This document shows, one piece after another, positions 33,811 through 45,691 of a stretch of DNA of 64,000 bases. The notes beneath the pieces are model-generated. The model ran no database searches. It was not told the DNA's origin and saw nothing but the letters and a program-made list of their open reading frames with translations. Position numbers and translations under genes: made by a program. The stretch is from Epithemia pelagica (lineage: Eukaryota > Protista > Bacillariophyta). Each line of letters starts with the position of its first letter. Position 1 is the first letter of the stretch. The stretch lies in contig OX337236.1 in the NCBI GenBank assembly GCA_946965045.2, forward strand, positions 186,001 to 250,000. Direction: 5' to 3'.

Positions 33811-35585
33811 ATGGCGCAAGTTCATCCCGAGCATGCTCCCCTTCCCTTGTTATTGTCACCCAAAATTGCCTTTTTGTTGGTCTCCTTTAGTTTGGGCGAA
33901 CTGGGCGATGGTTTGAATATCTTTCAAGGCATTTATTTGGTCGGCATTGGTTGGAACGAAGGTTCCGTGGGCATTGCGCTGTCCTTAATGGGTTTGACCG
34001 CCTTGGTGGTGCAACCCTTTGCGGGTGATTGGGTCGACAAGGCCACGTTTGATCGCCGCATTTTCTTGGCCTGTGCGGCAATTCTCACGGCCCTATCGGC
34101 TTCGGCCATTTTAATGGTCCAAGATGGCAATCAAGATCATTTGTTAATTTTTTCCACCAAAGTCATTGAAGGCGTGTCGGCCAGTTTTATTGGTCCCTGC
34201 GTCGCTGCCCTCACCTTGGCCACCTTTGGTCCGCATCATTTTGATGCCCTCATGGCATCCAATATACTTTGGGGACACATGGGATCCGTCGTGGCCGCCG
34301 TCTTGGCCGGACTGGTCGCCTACTTGTCCTATCCCGATATCAAGTATTGTTTCCTCGTCATTGGGGCCGCCGCCTTGTTGGCCGTCTTTTTTGTCCAATA
34401 CTTGCCTCAAGGGGATCCATTAATGGGCCGGGGGTTTCAGGGCAAAGTCGCCATGGATGAACATGGACATTTGGAACGATTGGAAAGTGATGAATCGACC
34501 GTCGCGGTCGAAAATGCCACGGATTTGACCACCACAACGGAACCTCCCAAGGCGGCCTCGTATTGGGAAGTCTTTTCCGATTACAAAACGTGCATCTTGT
34601 GTTTTACCGGATTCTTTTTTCAGTACGTTCTTGTTGTTGTTGTTTGGATACCATTTGTGGGATACGAGGATTGTCATTTGGTTGTGTCGCAGGGACCGTC
34701 TTGTGTGTGTGTGTGTCTGTGTTTCTCATGAGTTCCTCTCCTTGTCCTATTACGCTCTCTCTTTCTCTGTCTCTGCTCTTGATGAATTCTCTTGTACTCT
34801 ATTTTGTATGTTAGTTTCGCCAATGCCAATGTCTTGTTGGTATTGGGTGAACTCATGGGGGGCGACGAAGACGGCTCACCGCGTCGGAGTGCCATTCCCT
34901 TGGTGGGTGGTGCCATTATCTTGGCCCAAGCCACCATGGCGGCCGCGACCTGGGCTGGCGATCGATTAACATTTTTTGGCATTGGTCGCAAACCCTTGTT
35001 TTTGGCCGGATTGGCCACCTTGCCCATTCGCTGTGCGCTCATTATTTTTTGGAAAGATGCCGGAGACTTTTACCTGCTGTCGACCCAAATTCTCGATGGC
35101 ATTGGGGGAGGCCTCTGTGGACTCATTCATCCCTATTTGGTGGCCGATATCACCTTTGGATCCGGCCGATTCAATGTCATTAGTACGTGAAAGAATAGTG
35201 TACCGAGAGTGTGAGAGAGAGAGTGGTGTCACGGTCGTCTCTAACAAGTTTGCCTTGTGTGTTGTGTATCATTGGATTCTTCTTCTTCTTGTGGGTACAA
35301 ACAGTGGGTTTGACGGCGTCCTTTTTTGGTTTGGGTGCCACCTTGTCGAATTTCTTGGGGCAATTGACAGTCGAAAATTATGGTCATGTGGCAAGTTTGT
35401 TGGGATCCTTGGGATTGTCGCTCGTCCCCATTGTCTTGTTTTGGTGCATGCCGGAAACATTGGGACAACGAGGTGTCAATGGACATCATCAGCAACAACA
35501 ACAACAACAGCAATTACAACAACAACAGCAAAATCAACAACAACAAAAGGTGGGTGGCGGCGAATATACCAAAATGGTGGAATAA
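33811..35585 (+). CDS. Major facilitator superfamily transporter; exons 33811-34622, 34815-35182, 35305-35585
   Basis: FLLVSFSLGELGDGLNIFQGIYL, QPFAGDWVDK, FFH|FANANVLL and ADITFGSGRFNVI|MGLTASFFGLGATLSNFLG. Both introns are GTACGT...AG and the spliced length is 1461 nt (in frame). Confidence 0.9.
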
Positions 35586-35895
35586 TACAAAACATAAGCG
35601 CAGCAAAAAACAAAACGAAGCAAAACCAAACCCAATCAAACATGTTAATTATACTCTCCTATAGATTCTCACAGTCAACCAACCAATTGGACCACTTCTT
35701 TTCGTTTGTTGTGACTTGTGCGTGTGTGTGAGTGTTCTCGAGAGGAGGAGAGTCGTATTGTATATGGTTCAAGGCGTCGGGTGTATGTTCCAAGACCGTT
35801 CCGCCATACCACAGTTGACAAACCATATAAATAGATACTTATACCTAAATTCAATCTCTACAAAAAGACAATCAAGAACCACAATTCAAGGCGTC

Positions 35896-37680
35896 TCATG
35901 TTCCAAAGGAGGAGACGTCGTCCAATTCCCAAACTAGACTCGGGAACTGGTTGCTGCTGGTGCTGCTGGTAGTGGTACCATTCCAGGATTGACAATGACA
36001 ATAATGTCGATCGGACAATTCATTGACATGAACGACCAAATTTTTGAATTTTCCGGCAAAGGTAAAATTCCACAAGACGGGAACTCGAATGGTTCCAACG
36101 GCATCGACATGCAAGACCAGTTTGCCCTTGTAATATTCTTGTCCAATCGACAAGGCCTCCCATCGTTCCGGGGTAAAGTGGGCCAAGATGAGAATATCGG
36201 TAATGGCATTGGCCTTGGCCGTGACGGGAGGAATATCAAAGGTTCCCACCAACGAGTTTTCGTGGGTAAAGGTTCCACCGCCCTTGTCCAAGGCAATGTC
36301 AATCCCATTGGAATTCACCACGGATATCAAAATTTCAAAGTCGGCCGAGACTTTCATGGTGGCCATGCTATCCATGAGGGATTTCCAGGCAACATTGTCG
36401 TTGCAGACATTGTAGGCGGGCATTTTGGGAAAGTAGCGAATCGAGCCAAAGGTCAAACCGGCCACCACGGCCAGAACGAGACAATAACACACACTGCACG
36501 TTTGATACAAGCGTTGGACACGTCGGGGACGTTGTCGTCCAAGTCGTCCTCGAATAGGCGTCGTCCTCGCCTCTTCTCCTTGGTCATGTTGTTGTTGCTG
36601 TGGTGGTGGTTCTTCGAGATCTGTCTCGAGTGGATTATCATACTGTCCTTGAGGGTCCGTGGATGCTTTGCCTGCTTCTCCTTCTTGTTGTGGATTGGAT
36701 TGGACAGACTCATCCTGAGCGGTAGGATTATTGGTGGATTGATTGGGAGCGTCGTCAGCCGGCAAAAGGGGAGTTAAAGCAGTCGTCTCCTCCATTGTTC
36801 CTGTTGCGTTTTCCGTAGTACCACTGTTCCTAGTTTGGGGATTGATGGATCGACTCCTGGATGGTTCATTGTCTTCGTGTTCGGAAAGTGTGAGATCGGC
36901 CAATTCATGGTAGGCATCCTTGACACTGCGGATACAACAAAAGCAAATGGTCGAACAACAGGTTACGAGCGTCGCCACTCCGAGAATCACGACGAGAGGC
37001 AAGAAGGAAATGTGCTGCACCTGCTTCGTGTCATTGTCTTCGTCGTCGAGAGGCGCCGGTTCTTTGCGGCGACATCGATCATTGGAAAAACAATCGACGC
37101 CGGTCGTACATCCATAGACACTGCCCATGGCATGACAGGCATTGTCATGAGCACACCAGTGACAAAAGCGAGAGGAGGCCGTACATTCTTGACACGATGT
37201 GTGGGACGCACAATGTTTGTTGTTGTGCGATTTGCCATCGTCATCGTCGTCGTCATGATTCTCGTCGTCATTGTCACTAGTTCCACTATCATCGTCATCT
37301 CCACCCGTCTCATCATCGCTATCATCATCCTCATGACTGCAGGCGGCACCCGAAAAACACCCATACGGACTGCCCTTGGCATGACAGGCTTGATCGGACG
37401 CACACCAGTGACACCAACTCGAATGACTGGTACAACTCGTACAATCCGTTTGCTTGGCACACGAATCGCTTTCGAGGTTATCCGTCCACAATTCCACCAG
37501 GGACTGTTCGTCTTCTTGATGGTTGTTCTCGAACCAATGGGATGGTTGCAGTTCCGCATCATTATCACCACTCCTACGGTTATTCTCCTGTGGAGTCACC
37601 GCAGTAGTAGTAGTAGTTCCCCATACACATAATAAGATGACACACAACCATTGGCAATACGATTTCGTTAAAGCTGTCAT
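35896..37680 (-). CDS. Membrane protein: signal peptide, two PSI-like Cys-rich repeats, two TM helices, LEA_2-like C-terminal domain
   Basis: CAKQTDCTSCT..CHWCASDQACHAKGSPYGC and CASHTSCQECT..CHWCAHDNACHAMGSVYGC; TMs ISFLPLVVILGVATLVTCC and VCYCLVLAVVAGLTFG; C-terminal ISVVNSN..VGTFDIP beta domain. Confidence 0.8.
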   Translation of the reverse strand: MTALTKSYCQWLCVILLCVWGTTTTTAVTPQENNRRSGDNDAELQPSHWFENNHQEDEQSLVELWTDNLESDSCAKQTDCTSCTSHSSWCHWCASDQACHAKGSPYGCFSGAACSHEDDDSDDETGGDDDDSGTSDNDDENHDDDDDDGKSHNNKHCASHTSCQECTASSRFCHWCAHDNACHAMGSVYGCTTGVDCFSNDRCRRKEPAPLDDEDNDTKQVQHISFLPLVVILGVATLVTCCSTICFCCIRSVKDAYHELADLTLSEHEDNEPSRSRSINPQTRNSGTTENATGTMEETTALTPLLPADDAPNQSTNNPTAQDESVQSNPQQEGEAGKASTDPQGQYDNPLETDLEEPPPQQQQHDQGEEARTTPIRGRLGRQRPRRVQRLYQTCSVCYCLVLAVVAGLTFGSIRYFPKMPAYNVCNDNVAWKSLMDSMATMKVSADFEILISVVNSNGIDIALDKGGGTFTHENSLVGTFDIPPVTAKANAITDILILAHFTPERWEALSIGQEYYKGKLVLHVDAVGTIRVPVLWNFTFAGKFKNLVVHVNELSDRHYCHCQSWNGTTTSSTSSNQFPSLVWELDDVSSFGT

Positions 37681-37956
37681 GGCAGGCCTCCGGAGGGTGT
37701 TTGCCGTGAAATAAGATCGAGGTGTCACTGTTGGAATCTGCACGCAAGTTTCCGAATAATTGTGTGTATGGTTTCTCAAAGTTCCAAAACTACTCAAAGC
37801 CCACTTTTATTGTTCTCTCTTTGGATGGAAGTAAGCGAAGAGAAGGAATCTCGATGCGTCTGAATGGGTATTCGTGCAAGATTGTTTTCTCGTGTTCTTG
37901 TTTGTGCATCCGCCATGAGCAAATTTTGTTGTTCTTCTTGGAGAGTTGGAGGGCGT

Positions 37957-38119
37957 TGCGCGCGACGAGGTGTCACCACCGCGCGATACGTGACTCAGAC
38001 GGTTCACGAATCGATCATGGAGAGCGTCACCCAAGACGTGCGCGCGACGAGGTGTCACCACCGCGCGATACGTGACTCAGACGGTTCACGAATCGATCAT
38101 GGAGAGCGTCACCCAAGAC
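37957..38119. repeat. Near-perfect 82-bp tandem duplication
   Basis: TGCGCGCGACGAGGTGTCACCACCGCGCGATACGTGACTCAGACGGTTCACGAATCGATCATGGAGAGCGTCACCCAAGAC at 37957 and again at 38039. Confidence 0.95.
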
Positions 38120-38441
38120 CTAGCTATGTCACCTACCACTATCGAACACACTCTCCACCAACACAGAGTCACCGGCCGAAAGTACTCCTAGGAGTAATAA
38201 AGAGACGTGGGTAACGAACGAAACGTTATTTCACTTCATGTGCTATGCGGAATGCAGAGGGAATCAACCACAGTCATTCTAATAGGTAAAAGCTCACAAT
38301 ATAAGAAAATTATCCAAAGCAACTCGTATTCTTCAGCCTACTAGGTAGTACAACGCGCAGCCAACTTGTTGCAAAGAGCTTGATCACCTCGGTTGCCTCA
38401 AGTTGCCTCCTAGTCCGAAGTTATTGTGAATTAAGTACACG

Positions 38442-39014
38442 TTGAGTGGTGGTGGTCCTGAGTTTGATCGGAACAGGCAGCGACCTCCAGACCCTCCTAT
38501 GAATGGTATGAACAACTCCATGAATGGCTCCAATTCACCTTATGGACGTGCAGATGGAATGGATGGACAAATGGGAGACATGGGAGATCTAAATAGCTCC
38601 ATGGGCAGACTTCGTATCAATGGAAGACAGAACACTAGCTCACAAATGGGTCATAGTGGCGGTGGCGGTGGAGGCCGGCAATCTTCTTCTCAGTCTGTTT
38701 TGGGAAATCGCTCGGACCCAGACTGGAAAATAAAAATACATCACAAACAACAACGGCTCTTGTTGCTTCATCACTCGGCGAACTGCACGGCAGAAGAGGG
38801 CAGATGCACCGTCACGCCGCATTGTGCGGAAATGAAGCGTTTATGGCGCCATATGGAAGAAGGATGCAAAGACAACAATTGCCGAGTACCACACTGCTTT
38901 TCCTCGCGCGCAATTTTGAGTCATTACAGAAAATGCAAGGACCCGGCGTGTCCAGTCTGTGGACCGGTGCGGTCGTCCATTAAGCAAGTGGGTGAGCCAG
39001 GTCGCCGCAAATAA
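38442..39014 (+). CDS. Short TAZ zinc-finger protein (CBP/p300-type TAZ domain only)
   Basis: QQRLLLLHHSANC...CTVTPHCAEMKRLWRHMEEGC...CRVPHCFSSRAILSHYRKCKDPACPVCGPVR. The ORF opens with TTG at 38442; the first ATG is at 38499. Confidence 0.8.
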   Translation: MSGGGPEFDRNRQRPPDPPMNGMNNSMNGSNSPYGRADGMDGQMGDMGDLNSSMGRLRINGRQNTSSQMGHSGGGGGGRQSSSQSVLGNRSDPDWKIKIHHKQQRLLLLHHSANCTAEEGRCTVTPHCAEMKRLWRHMEEGCKDNNCRVPHCFSSRAILSHYRKCKDPACPVCGPVRSSIKQVGEPGRRK

Positions 39015-39268
39015 AACACGGCCTTTTTTCCTACTACGCGAATACCATGAATGTATTCAATATTGTCGATGATAGCGATAGGCATTCTCTATAGTGTTGT
39101 ATCTTGTGTGTATCACCAGACCCATGATAGAAATGGCATCATGTACACACAGCAGTTTCGAGCTCTGTTGGGAAAATCGCAATCGGGTCTATTCTTCACC
39201 ATGATCAAGTGTTCATCGTGTCCATAGATGTAGAAGAGAGGCCTCAATACAACCAATTCGTACTCAGT

Positions 39269-40495
39269 CTATTCCAGGAGTACCGCAACCACCAAGGCTA
39301 CCGTGCCAAACAAAATGAATCCAATAGCCCCCATAAAGTCTATCATGGTTGGCACATTCATCCCATTGTCGCTGTCGTCATTGTACGACACGTTTTTGCC
39401 AGAGTCACGCAAATGCCCGGAACCCCATTTCGCAATCCCGCACCACAAGGGCATGCCCAAAAGGCACCAACCAAGAGTGCCAAGCATATGTGACATGAAA
39501 AAGGTTTCGTCCTCGCTAGCGTCGTCCACGTCATCACTTTGATCCGTTGTGGTAGTCGACATGGTCCGTGAAACGGAAAATAGCAATGGCTGGGACTCGG
39601 ATGCCTTGCCTTCTTGGTAGTCTCTTGTTCTATTAGTTGCCGTATCTCCCGAGGCTTGTGAAAAAAGGGCATCAGGTGTATGAGGACGTACCAGTCTCAA
39701 AAAGGCTTGTCCATGACATCCCAGAAACAGCACGCCGGGTGCAATGTAGGCCAACGAAGAGCCTGTAATGCTTCCCACAATCGACAAGACTACACCCACG
39801 TCTCCAACCAAAATGGTGGGTATCATGGCGACGACATAGAGTCCCACGGTCCATGGCACGTACCCTTGTTCGGGTTGGGCTTGATGATGAATGCGATTCA
39901 AGTGGGGCAATCGGACTTGGTCACCGCGTGACAAGCGCTGAAAAAGCATACAAATATGACGGGCCACAAAGGATTCCATGGGATACACCAGCATCATGTG
40001 AACACCAAGAACAAGCGAAGACGCCCTGGTGATCCAAGAATCGGATGGGAGTCGTTTCAAAATATCACCCGACAAAGCATCGCCATAGGCTAGATATCCC
40101 CCAACTCCAAAAATCATTGTCAAGATTCCAGTTAGTATCATGGTGGATTTACTGACCAGCGACCAACGTTGAAGTGTGGGTCTTTCCAAACTATCCGAAA
40201 CCAGAAATGCCGCATGTTGACACACAAAGGCAAAGGAGAACACGCCCACTCCAACAAAGATGGTGTTCCAACGTACTAGATTGTCAGGGGATGTAACAAT
40301 TGTCATGAGACCTCCCGACTCTTCGATGGATTTTTGAATAGGAGCAACAGACAATATCAAGACCACAAAACTTATATCCAAGAGAATGGATATGCTGGAG
40401 AACTTGACCAAGCTTGTCCCATATCCTTTTGACAGCTAATCGGAAGCAAGATACAGAGAGTAAAGACAAGTAATACACGAGCTTTGGTATGTTCT
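39269..40495 (-). pseudogene. Amino acid transporter paralogue 3, 5'-truncated and frameshifted
   Basis: 380-aa ORF closely resembles paralogue 2 from LVKFSS onward. Upstream homology (TKARVLLVFTLCILLPISCQKDM) is offset by 2 extra nt at ~40418-40419 and stops at ~40495, so the N-terminal NFANVIVGAGIVG region is absent. Confidence 0.8.
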
Positions 40496-40781
40496 TGTGG
40501 TCGACCGAAGATCCGGTCTAGTGGTTGTTGTTGTTGTCCTTGTCGCTTGCTCGTTCAGTCGGTTTCGTCGGGTTGGTGGGTTGTTCCCCCGCTGAGCTAG
40601 AACGTCGAAGTAGCCTGTAATCTGCGTCACTGAAGGTGCAACGAATCTGGCTCAGAGGCGATATGAGCAGTCGGAGAAGAATAAAATAACCTTGAGAAAC
40701 TGAGTTGCGAAGAAGATACGACCAGCAATTTCACGATGGTCTAATTGCACAGCAGCAAGTTAAAGGTGTTCCCAAATGGTA

Positions 40782-43700
40782 CTACCCATCAAACATGTCA
40801 CCGGCCATGGTTCGTTCCAGCTTCTTGTCGGGTCCTTCTGGAAGGGGCGGGACAATCACGGTAGATTCACCCCTGGTTTGGACGAGCGCTTCCAAACCAG
40901 CCAATTGAGATTCCAAAAATCGAGAATGTTCGTCCAACCGTTCTCGCATCCGAATCAAGTGTTCCACCTTGCCTCGCTTGCAATAATCGGTCAAGATTTC
41001 AATGTACTTGGTGGGAATGACCTTGACTCCAAACCGGCGACTAATTTGCATGCATTCGCGAGCTCCTGGTTTGCGTCGAGGTACCTTGACCTGCTCTTTG
41101 AGTGTTTCGGATTCCGCGCTCGTCGTGTTGGCGGCGGTGGTGATCGGTGTAGCCGTCATCGTTGTTGCAGTGGGCACGGATGCCACTGCTACCGCGGCGG
41201 AGCCATCCGATGTGGTGGTCGTCGTGGTAGCCTCGGTTGATATCCCCGGTAGCGATGCCACCGTTGCAGTGGTTGTGGTGTCCAGACCTGTGGTCGCAAC
41301 CGATGTACTCGTAGATGGTTCTTTTACGGGTGGTGCGCCCGGCACTGGGATCGGATCGTTCGGGTCAGCCACTGGCTCTCCTTCCAATGGCATTGGAACA
41401 TCCTCAGAAATAGTCGATGCTGCGATTGCAATATCCATTTCAGTCAGTACATCTTGTTCCGGAGTGTCGGCAGTTTCTTCGACCTTGACAGCAGGCGCCG
41501 TTATCGAGGATCGTTTGGAAGACGAACTCCGTTCTGGTGGAGAGGATTTCTTGCTTCCACTATTTGACACAGAGGATCGTCGGCTTGGATGCTGATGAAG
41601 TTTCAAGTGTTGTTCTCCTTCGTCAATTTCGTCATGAAAGGAACTGCGCTTTACGGTGCGACCACTACGACTGACAATGACTGGTGTGGGAGCTGGAACT
41701 GCCTGCACAGTAGCAGAGCTCTTTCCAGCATGCGTATTCGTGGTCGTTGTAAAAGACGAGGACCGGCCCACTGAGGAAGATCGGCCTCCTCCTCGTTGTG
41801 GCGACATGAATCGTCCATCCGAAGAACGAACGGGAGGCTTGGATTGCTTGCGGGGAGGAGACGGCGAAGGTTTGTTCTTGGGCGGCCGGCCGCGTTTCCG
41901 TCCTGTTCCCTTTTTGGGACTACTACTACTACTGGGAGCAGCAGCATTGGCATTCTTGGGTGGTCGGCCTCGACGACGGCGGGGTGGTTCCTCCTCTTCT
42001 TGAAGGACACGCGATGATTTACGAGAGGGAGAGGATACGCGCGACGACATTGTCTTGGAGGAGGATACTGTGGAAGAAGCTGGTCGTCCAACCTTGGAAG
42101 GATGAGACGATGAAGGTCGTCCCACCTTTCTCTTGGTGGTAATGGTGGTGGAGGGCTGGGTTACCGCCTTTTGTTTGGACTTGGCCAATGTGCAGGAAGG
42201 ACAATACCACTTGTCCAGCGTCGGAATCTCAGTCAGTGGAGGATCCAGGCAGTAAATGTGATACTCATCGTCACACTCGTCACAGAGCAAGAGTTTGTCT
42301 TGATCTCGTTTCCCAAAGCATTTGCGGCAGCCGCAAAAGCAGCAAATCACAATGGATGGATCGTCCAAACAAAAGCCGCATCGAGGTTCATCTTGTTCAC
42401 CCGTACTTGCTGCTCGATTCTCATCCTCGCCAACAGTGGAGGAAGACGGCTTTGTTTCTCCCGATGGGGCCTCTCCATCACCATCGGTATCCGTAATGGT
42501 ACCCTCCACGAGTGTTTCCGTACTGGAGGTATCCTCCGATGGATGCACTTCATCGGATTGCCAGTTTCGTGCTGGTACCAGCTGTGGATCGTACAATGTG
42601 GGTTGTTTTCGGTGGCGCTTTCCTCGACCCCTTTGTTCGGGTGACTCGACCTGGCCCGTCCATGTATTGGACAGTTTGGACAGCTCCAAATTGCGTTTCT
42701 TGTTGTTGCTGTTGGTAGTACTGCGTAGTGAAGAATCCATCGGCTGGTTGTCATCTTGGGATGGTGACGCACTCCGTGGTTTGGAATCCACCACAACAAC
42801 AGGCGCATCTTTGTTTGAGTTTGTAGCCTCGGTTGCGTCCACCTCCATGGATTCCGTATCGTTTGGCGGTTTCTCCGTACTAGGTTGTTGTTGTGATTCG
42901 GGAGCGTCCACGTCCATAGATTCCTTAGGGTCCGCCTGTTTCTCTGTTATAATAGGTTGTTTTGATTCGGGAGCCTTTTCTGCATCGACGGGGCTCGTGT
43001 CATTCGTAGGAGGTCTTCTATCCAGGTTCGGTTGTTGGACGTTGTTGGAGGTATCCTTGGCCGTCTCTTCCTTGTCCTCCTCGACAGTAGTCTTGTCCTG
43101 GTCGGCAGCTTTTGCCTCGGGGTCATCCTTTGTTTCCGAGACTCTTGTTGACGGCTGGGAGGCAGAAGTCTTGTCGTTATCGTTGTTATCATCGTTGGTC
43201 TTCACTTTAGAATCCACTACAGCATCCTCGTTGGTGGATTCTGCTGATGTGGGTGCAGTAAAGTCCTTGTGCTCGGCCAAAAGAGGCTGCGCGACTGGTT
43301 CCTCGACTGCCGCATTTTCTTGGACGTTGCCGTCTGGATTGGAGCTTTGAAGAGCCGTCGTGGTATCCTCTTTCTTTGGCGGGTCCTTTTGTTGTTGCGG
43401 TTGCAGCGTTGCCCCTTGCGTTCCCTGTTCTTGCACTTGTTCGGACGACTGCTCCGAAACTGTTGTTGTTGTTGTTTTCTCCACCACCGGTTCTACCTTC
43501 TCTTTCTCCTGATCTTGCCTATTCCTTTCTGTTTCTTCCTTGTCTTCTCCTTCCTTTGGTGGTTGTGGTGGTTGTTCTTGTGGTACCTGTTCTTGTTGTG
43601 GTTGTGGTCGATGCGTATTGCGTTTGCGTCGTTGAATGCCATTGCGCAACCGGGCCATTAATCGAACGGCGGCGGCGGAATCACGTCGTTTTTTGCTATT

Positions 43701-44052
43701 TTTGGGTTCGCTGGACAAGACACAATAGGCACATTTCCATTCGCCGACAGAAGGAAATTCGGTCAAGACGGGACGGACACAGGGCAAATGAAAGACACGA
43801 GGACAGGTTGTACACGCCAACAACCGGCGAATCGTTGTGCCATTGTCGTCGTCTAGGGTTGTTTCTTGTTCCAAACAAACATTGCAAACGGTTTCTTTTG
43901 CTTCCTTTTCGGTTTGTTTTGGTTGTGCGGGAGGCTGGGTCGTTGACGTGGCGGTTGGAGCAGGATTCTTCCTTGGGTGGACCGTTGTTGTTGTATCTTG
44001 TTTCTCCTCCTCATGGTAGTCTTCAGTGTGTTCGGTTGTCTCCATTTCATCC

Positions 44053-44108
<56 letters not shown>

Positions 44109-44522
44109 ATCCTCTTCTTCTTCTTCTTCTTCTTCTTCTTCTTCATCGTCGTCTTCCTTGTCATTCTCCGTTTCCTCTTCTTCTCCTTTGGGATTATCTT
44201 GGTCGACCGTCTCTGTATCTTCTTCTTCTTCTCCTTCGTCTTGTTGTTCTTGTCGTACCTTATCGAGTAAGTATTGATAAAAATGAATGGCATGTTCGGC
44301 ATTGGATTTGCGACCAGGTCCCGTTTTGGGATGCCACTTGTATTTGGTTTGCAATTGCGTCAACGTCGATTCCAAAATCTGTACAGCTTGTGCTTTGGAT
44401 CCCAATCCAGCCAAGACGGCATCTTCCCATTCGTGCCATTCGTTGGGACGAGGCGCCGCACACAAGTACTTTTTGGTGGTCGTCGTTGTTGCATTCGTAT
44501 TAGTGTTGGCACCATGGGACAT
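40782..44522 (-). CDS. Large low-complexity chromatin protein with two PHD fingers and an AT-hook-like motif
   Basis: PHD1 CNVC..CTTCPRVFHLPCVRP..WKCAYC; PHD2 region CCFCGCRKC..LLLCDECDDEYHIYCLDPPL..WYCPSC; RRRRGRPPK and RKRGRPPK motifs; poly-E and poly-N tracts. Alternative ATG at 44630. Confidence 0.88.
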
Positions 44523-45172
44523 GGTGGCGGTCAATGATTGGAGAGGGAATGCGTAGGTATAGTCTTTGGGATACAGCAGGTACCAGAAACCAGAATGCCG
44601 TCGTGTATGTGCTTCCCATGGCGAAGCCACAGGGGCGCTGTAGAATGCAGCAGTCGCACATCCGGATATGGAACCCGCTATAAAAGGTGGAAGGACGAAA
44701 AGGTGTACCTAGTCTACCTAGTTTTCATAATTTTCATTAGACTCGTTGAGTATGGACGACTTCGCTGAGTTTGTCAGACCCAGAAGCGCCAACAACAGCT
44801 GGAACAAACGAAAAAAAAGCAGTTCACATGTATCTGTATAGTGTTGGACCCTGGAGGAACCACGGGAATAGCGTAAAACACACTGGTAAACCACGGTTTT
44901 TGTAGCCACAGCGTCGACCACAAAAAGGACCTGTAGAACAATGGCAAGCCATGGTGACCATGCATGGATGGAAGCCGTCACATTCACCCATCCTCACATC
45001 CTGTTCGGCATCAGATGTGTATATAATAATAAGGCAACCCGTCGACATTGTCTGATCCACCAAGAAGAAACCCAGACGTCGTAAGGACCCATTGTAGAAT
45101 CTCAGTGCCTCACCCGGCCGTGCACGGTGGTCGCTCCATGATCGCCACATAACTACCTACCTAGAGGTAGTG

Positions 45173-45451
45173 TGGGTACCAGCCGAGTGGTAAGGACACT
45201 CTTCGGTGCGTGGTCGGATTTTGGTGTCTACTGTGAGGGTCCAGGCTTCGATTCCATCACAATCGCGTCATGTGTTGGGTTGGGAGGGCCATTTCCAGGG
45301 CCCAGAAAAAAGGTCATCTGTGTCTGGCCCTCGTGCTGCTGTTCCTCCTCGTCGAAATGGCACCAGGGCAGTCGGTCGAGTATCGGCCCACCGCGTAGAA
45401 GCGGGGTTCCGGTGCCGCGGCAGCTCTGAAGAATAGATTCGATCCTTTTTT
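45173..45451 (+). ncRNA. Candidate tRNA-derived Pol III unit (SINE-like or structured ncRNA)
   Basis: A-box-like CAGCCGAGTGG-TAAGG (45180-45195), B-box-like GGCTTCGATTCC (45244-45255), GC-rich stems downstream and a T6 run at 45446-45451. It does not fold into a full cloverleaf. Confidence 0.35.
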
Positions 45452-45691
45452 CGGTAGTGTGGGTTCTTTCGGGATCGCGGCATGTATTCCCAGTAGCTTG
45501 GAGGGAATAGAAACGTAGTAGAAGAGAAACAATGGACTGGGAACTGGGACTACGGGCTAGGGACTATAGGGGAACGGGGAGGGATACGAGTACGAGTCAA
45601 CACGAACTGTGAATGAGCACGAATGAGTACGTCTGGAACTAGGGTGTCTATGGTGGGTAGAAGTACATACTCCATAGTGTGAAACATGACG

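Noticed and set aside
44054-44150. (GTT)n and (TCT)n tracts as separate elements
   Set aside because: Ordinary coding microsatellites (poly-N, poly-E) within the PHD gene, typical of this genome.
42322-44503. Long plus-strand ORFs (342 and 375 aa)
   Set aside because: Antisense to the PHD-finger gene and driven by microsatellite codons.
45173-45260. Functional tRNA gene
   Set aside because: A/B-box-like motifs are present, but the acceptor and T stems do not pair and no anticodon arm is identifiable.
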